DNA from: Chrysomallon squamiferum
Lineage: Eukaryota > Animalia > Mollusca
Length of the DNA: 64,000 nt
Assembly: GCA_012295275.1 (NCBI GenBank)
Contig: CM022673.1
Span: 18,600,001 to 18,664,000, forward strand
Direction: 5' to 3'
Made by a program: the position numbers and the translations under genes. A model generated the notes under the pieces. It did not search any database, was not told the DNA's origin, and worked only from the letters and a program-made list of their open reading frames with translations. Positions 63,174 to 64,000 of the stretch are shown here, piece by piece (position 1 is the first letter of the stretch; every line of letters begins with the position of its first letter).

Positions 63174-63490
63174 CAGTTCAATACTTCATTAAAGAAATCT
63201 AAAAATTCGATGATTTAATATTAAAAGTGTTTTGAAATGTCTTTATATGATATTAATTCAGTTAATCAGTATTCTTTCATTTTATTGAACAAACGGGATG
63301 TTCACTATTAATTTGTTCCTGGTCACATATAATATGTATTTTTGAAACAAACAAAAAATATATTGTCTTTCTCTACAAGATTGTTGGTGTACCAGAAGAT
63401 CGACTGGGAGAACAAGTTTGTGCTTTCATCATTCTGAAACCATCTGTGACGTGCACCCAGCGAGAAATCCAGGAATACTGCAAACAGAGA
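54820..63490 (+). CDS. ACSF2: ACSF2-like acyl-CoA ligase, paralog 2 (exons 8-9 absent; possible pseudogene; last exon beyond window)
   Basis: Exons 54820-54923, 55263-55437, 56322-56450, 56704-56757, 57065-57183, 57546-57593, 57935-58052, [8 and 9 missing], 58774-58942, 59216-59323, 59831-59979, 62185-62326, 63380-63490. The lengths of exons 3-7 and 10-14 match paralog 1 exactly (129, 54, 119, 48, 118, 169, 108, 149, 142, 111). Confidence 0.88.
60040..61890. repeat. 27-bp minisatellite (~68 copies)
   Basis: Unit ACACTTAACTACATATCACTTTGTCTT, in the intron after exon 12 of paralog 2. It explains the LHLTTYHFV and LTLNYISLC ORFs. Confidence 0.97.
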
Positions 63491-64000
63491 GTAAGTAACA
63501 AACCAGCAATAGTTTCTTCCTAAACAAACAATAGTACTTCATTTAATGAGCATCCTTAAAGAAAGATACCCATATGACAAAGATCGGATACCTGACAGTT
63601 GCATGCTATGTCTCTCTATATTTTTCATAATTTGTGATGCTAAAAAGACGTCTGCCGATGTAATTATTTCCTCGAAACACAATAAATGACAAATAATATG
63701 CACATATAAATCACATCTGTAGTTTAGCCATTAACGACAAGAAAATTATTTTCTGTGTTTGACTGACTGAATGCGTGATTGATTGATTGACTGATTTGTT
63801 TAATGTTTACTTTTATTTATTATTTTTATTTATCATCATTATTAATAGTAATGATAGAGTAATGGCATTAATAACAAAACTGATGAATAGATTGAATAGT
63901 AACCAAAACTTTGAAAGGCACTGACTGTCTCAGAAGTCTTAATTCTACCTTGTACGAAGCTAATATTCCACGTACGAATGTATAGGCTGAGAGTTTACTG

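Overview
AT-rich, microsatellite-dense, intron-rich animal genomic DNA. It is probably from an invertebrate, and mollusc-like is only an inference. Almost none of the supplied ORFs are real genes, so I assembled genes by hand from GT-AG exons with matching intron phases. The left half (~1055-32430) is a tandem segmental duplication of about 2.1 units (15.9 kb, 13.7 kb, then ~1.8 kb). It carries a TRDMT1/DNMT2 pseudogene, a galaxin-like Cys-rich secreted peptide gene broken differently in each copy, orphan 3' exons of the neighbouring gene, and Tigger, MITE and L1/Tx1 remnants. The centre (41793->30739, minus) holds an intact 12-13-exon gene for a ~440 aa secreted protein. It is built from five tandem six-cysteine domains (C-x5-C-x11-19-C-x8-C-x7-C-x15-21-C), each encoded by a phase 1-2-1 exon pair. 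I cannot assign it to a named family, and it is the best novelty candidate. The right part has two head-to-head ACSF2-like acyl-CoA synthetase paralogs. One is complete (15 exons, 597 aa) with an altered substrate-pocket motif. The other lacks the P-loop and pocket exons and has TGD->TRD. Two intronic minisatellites lie in these genes.
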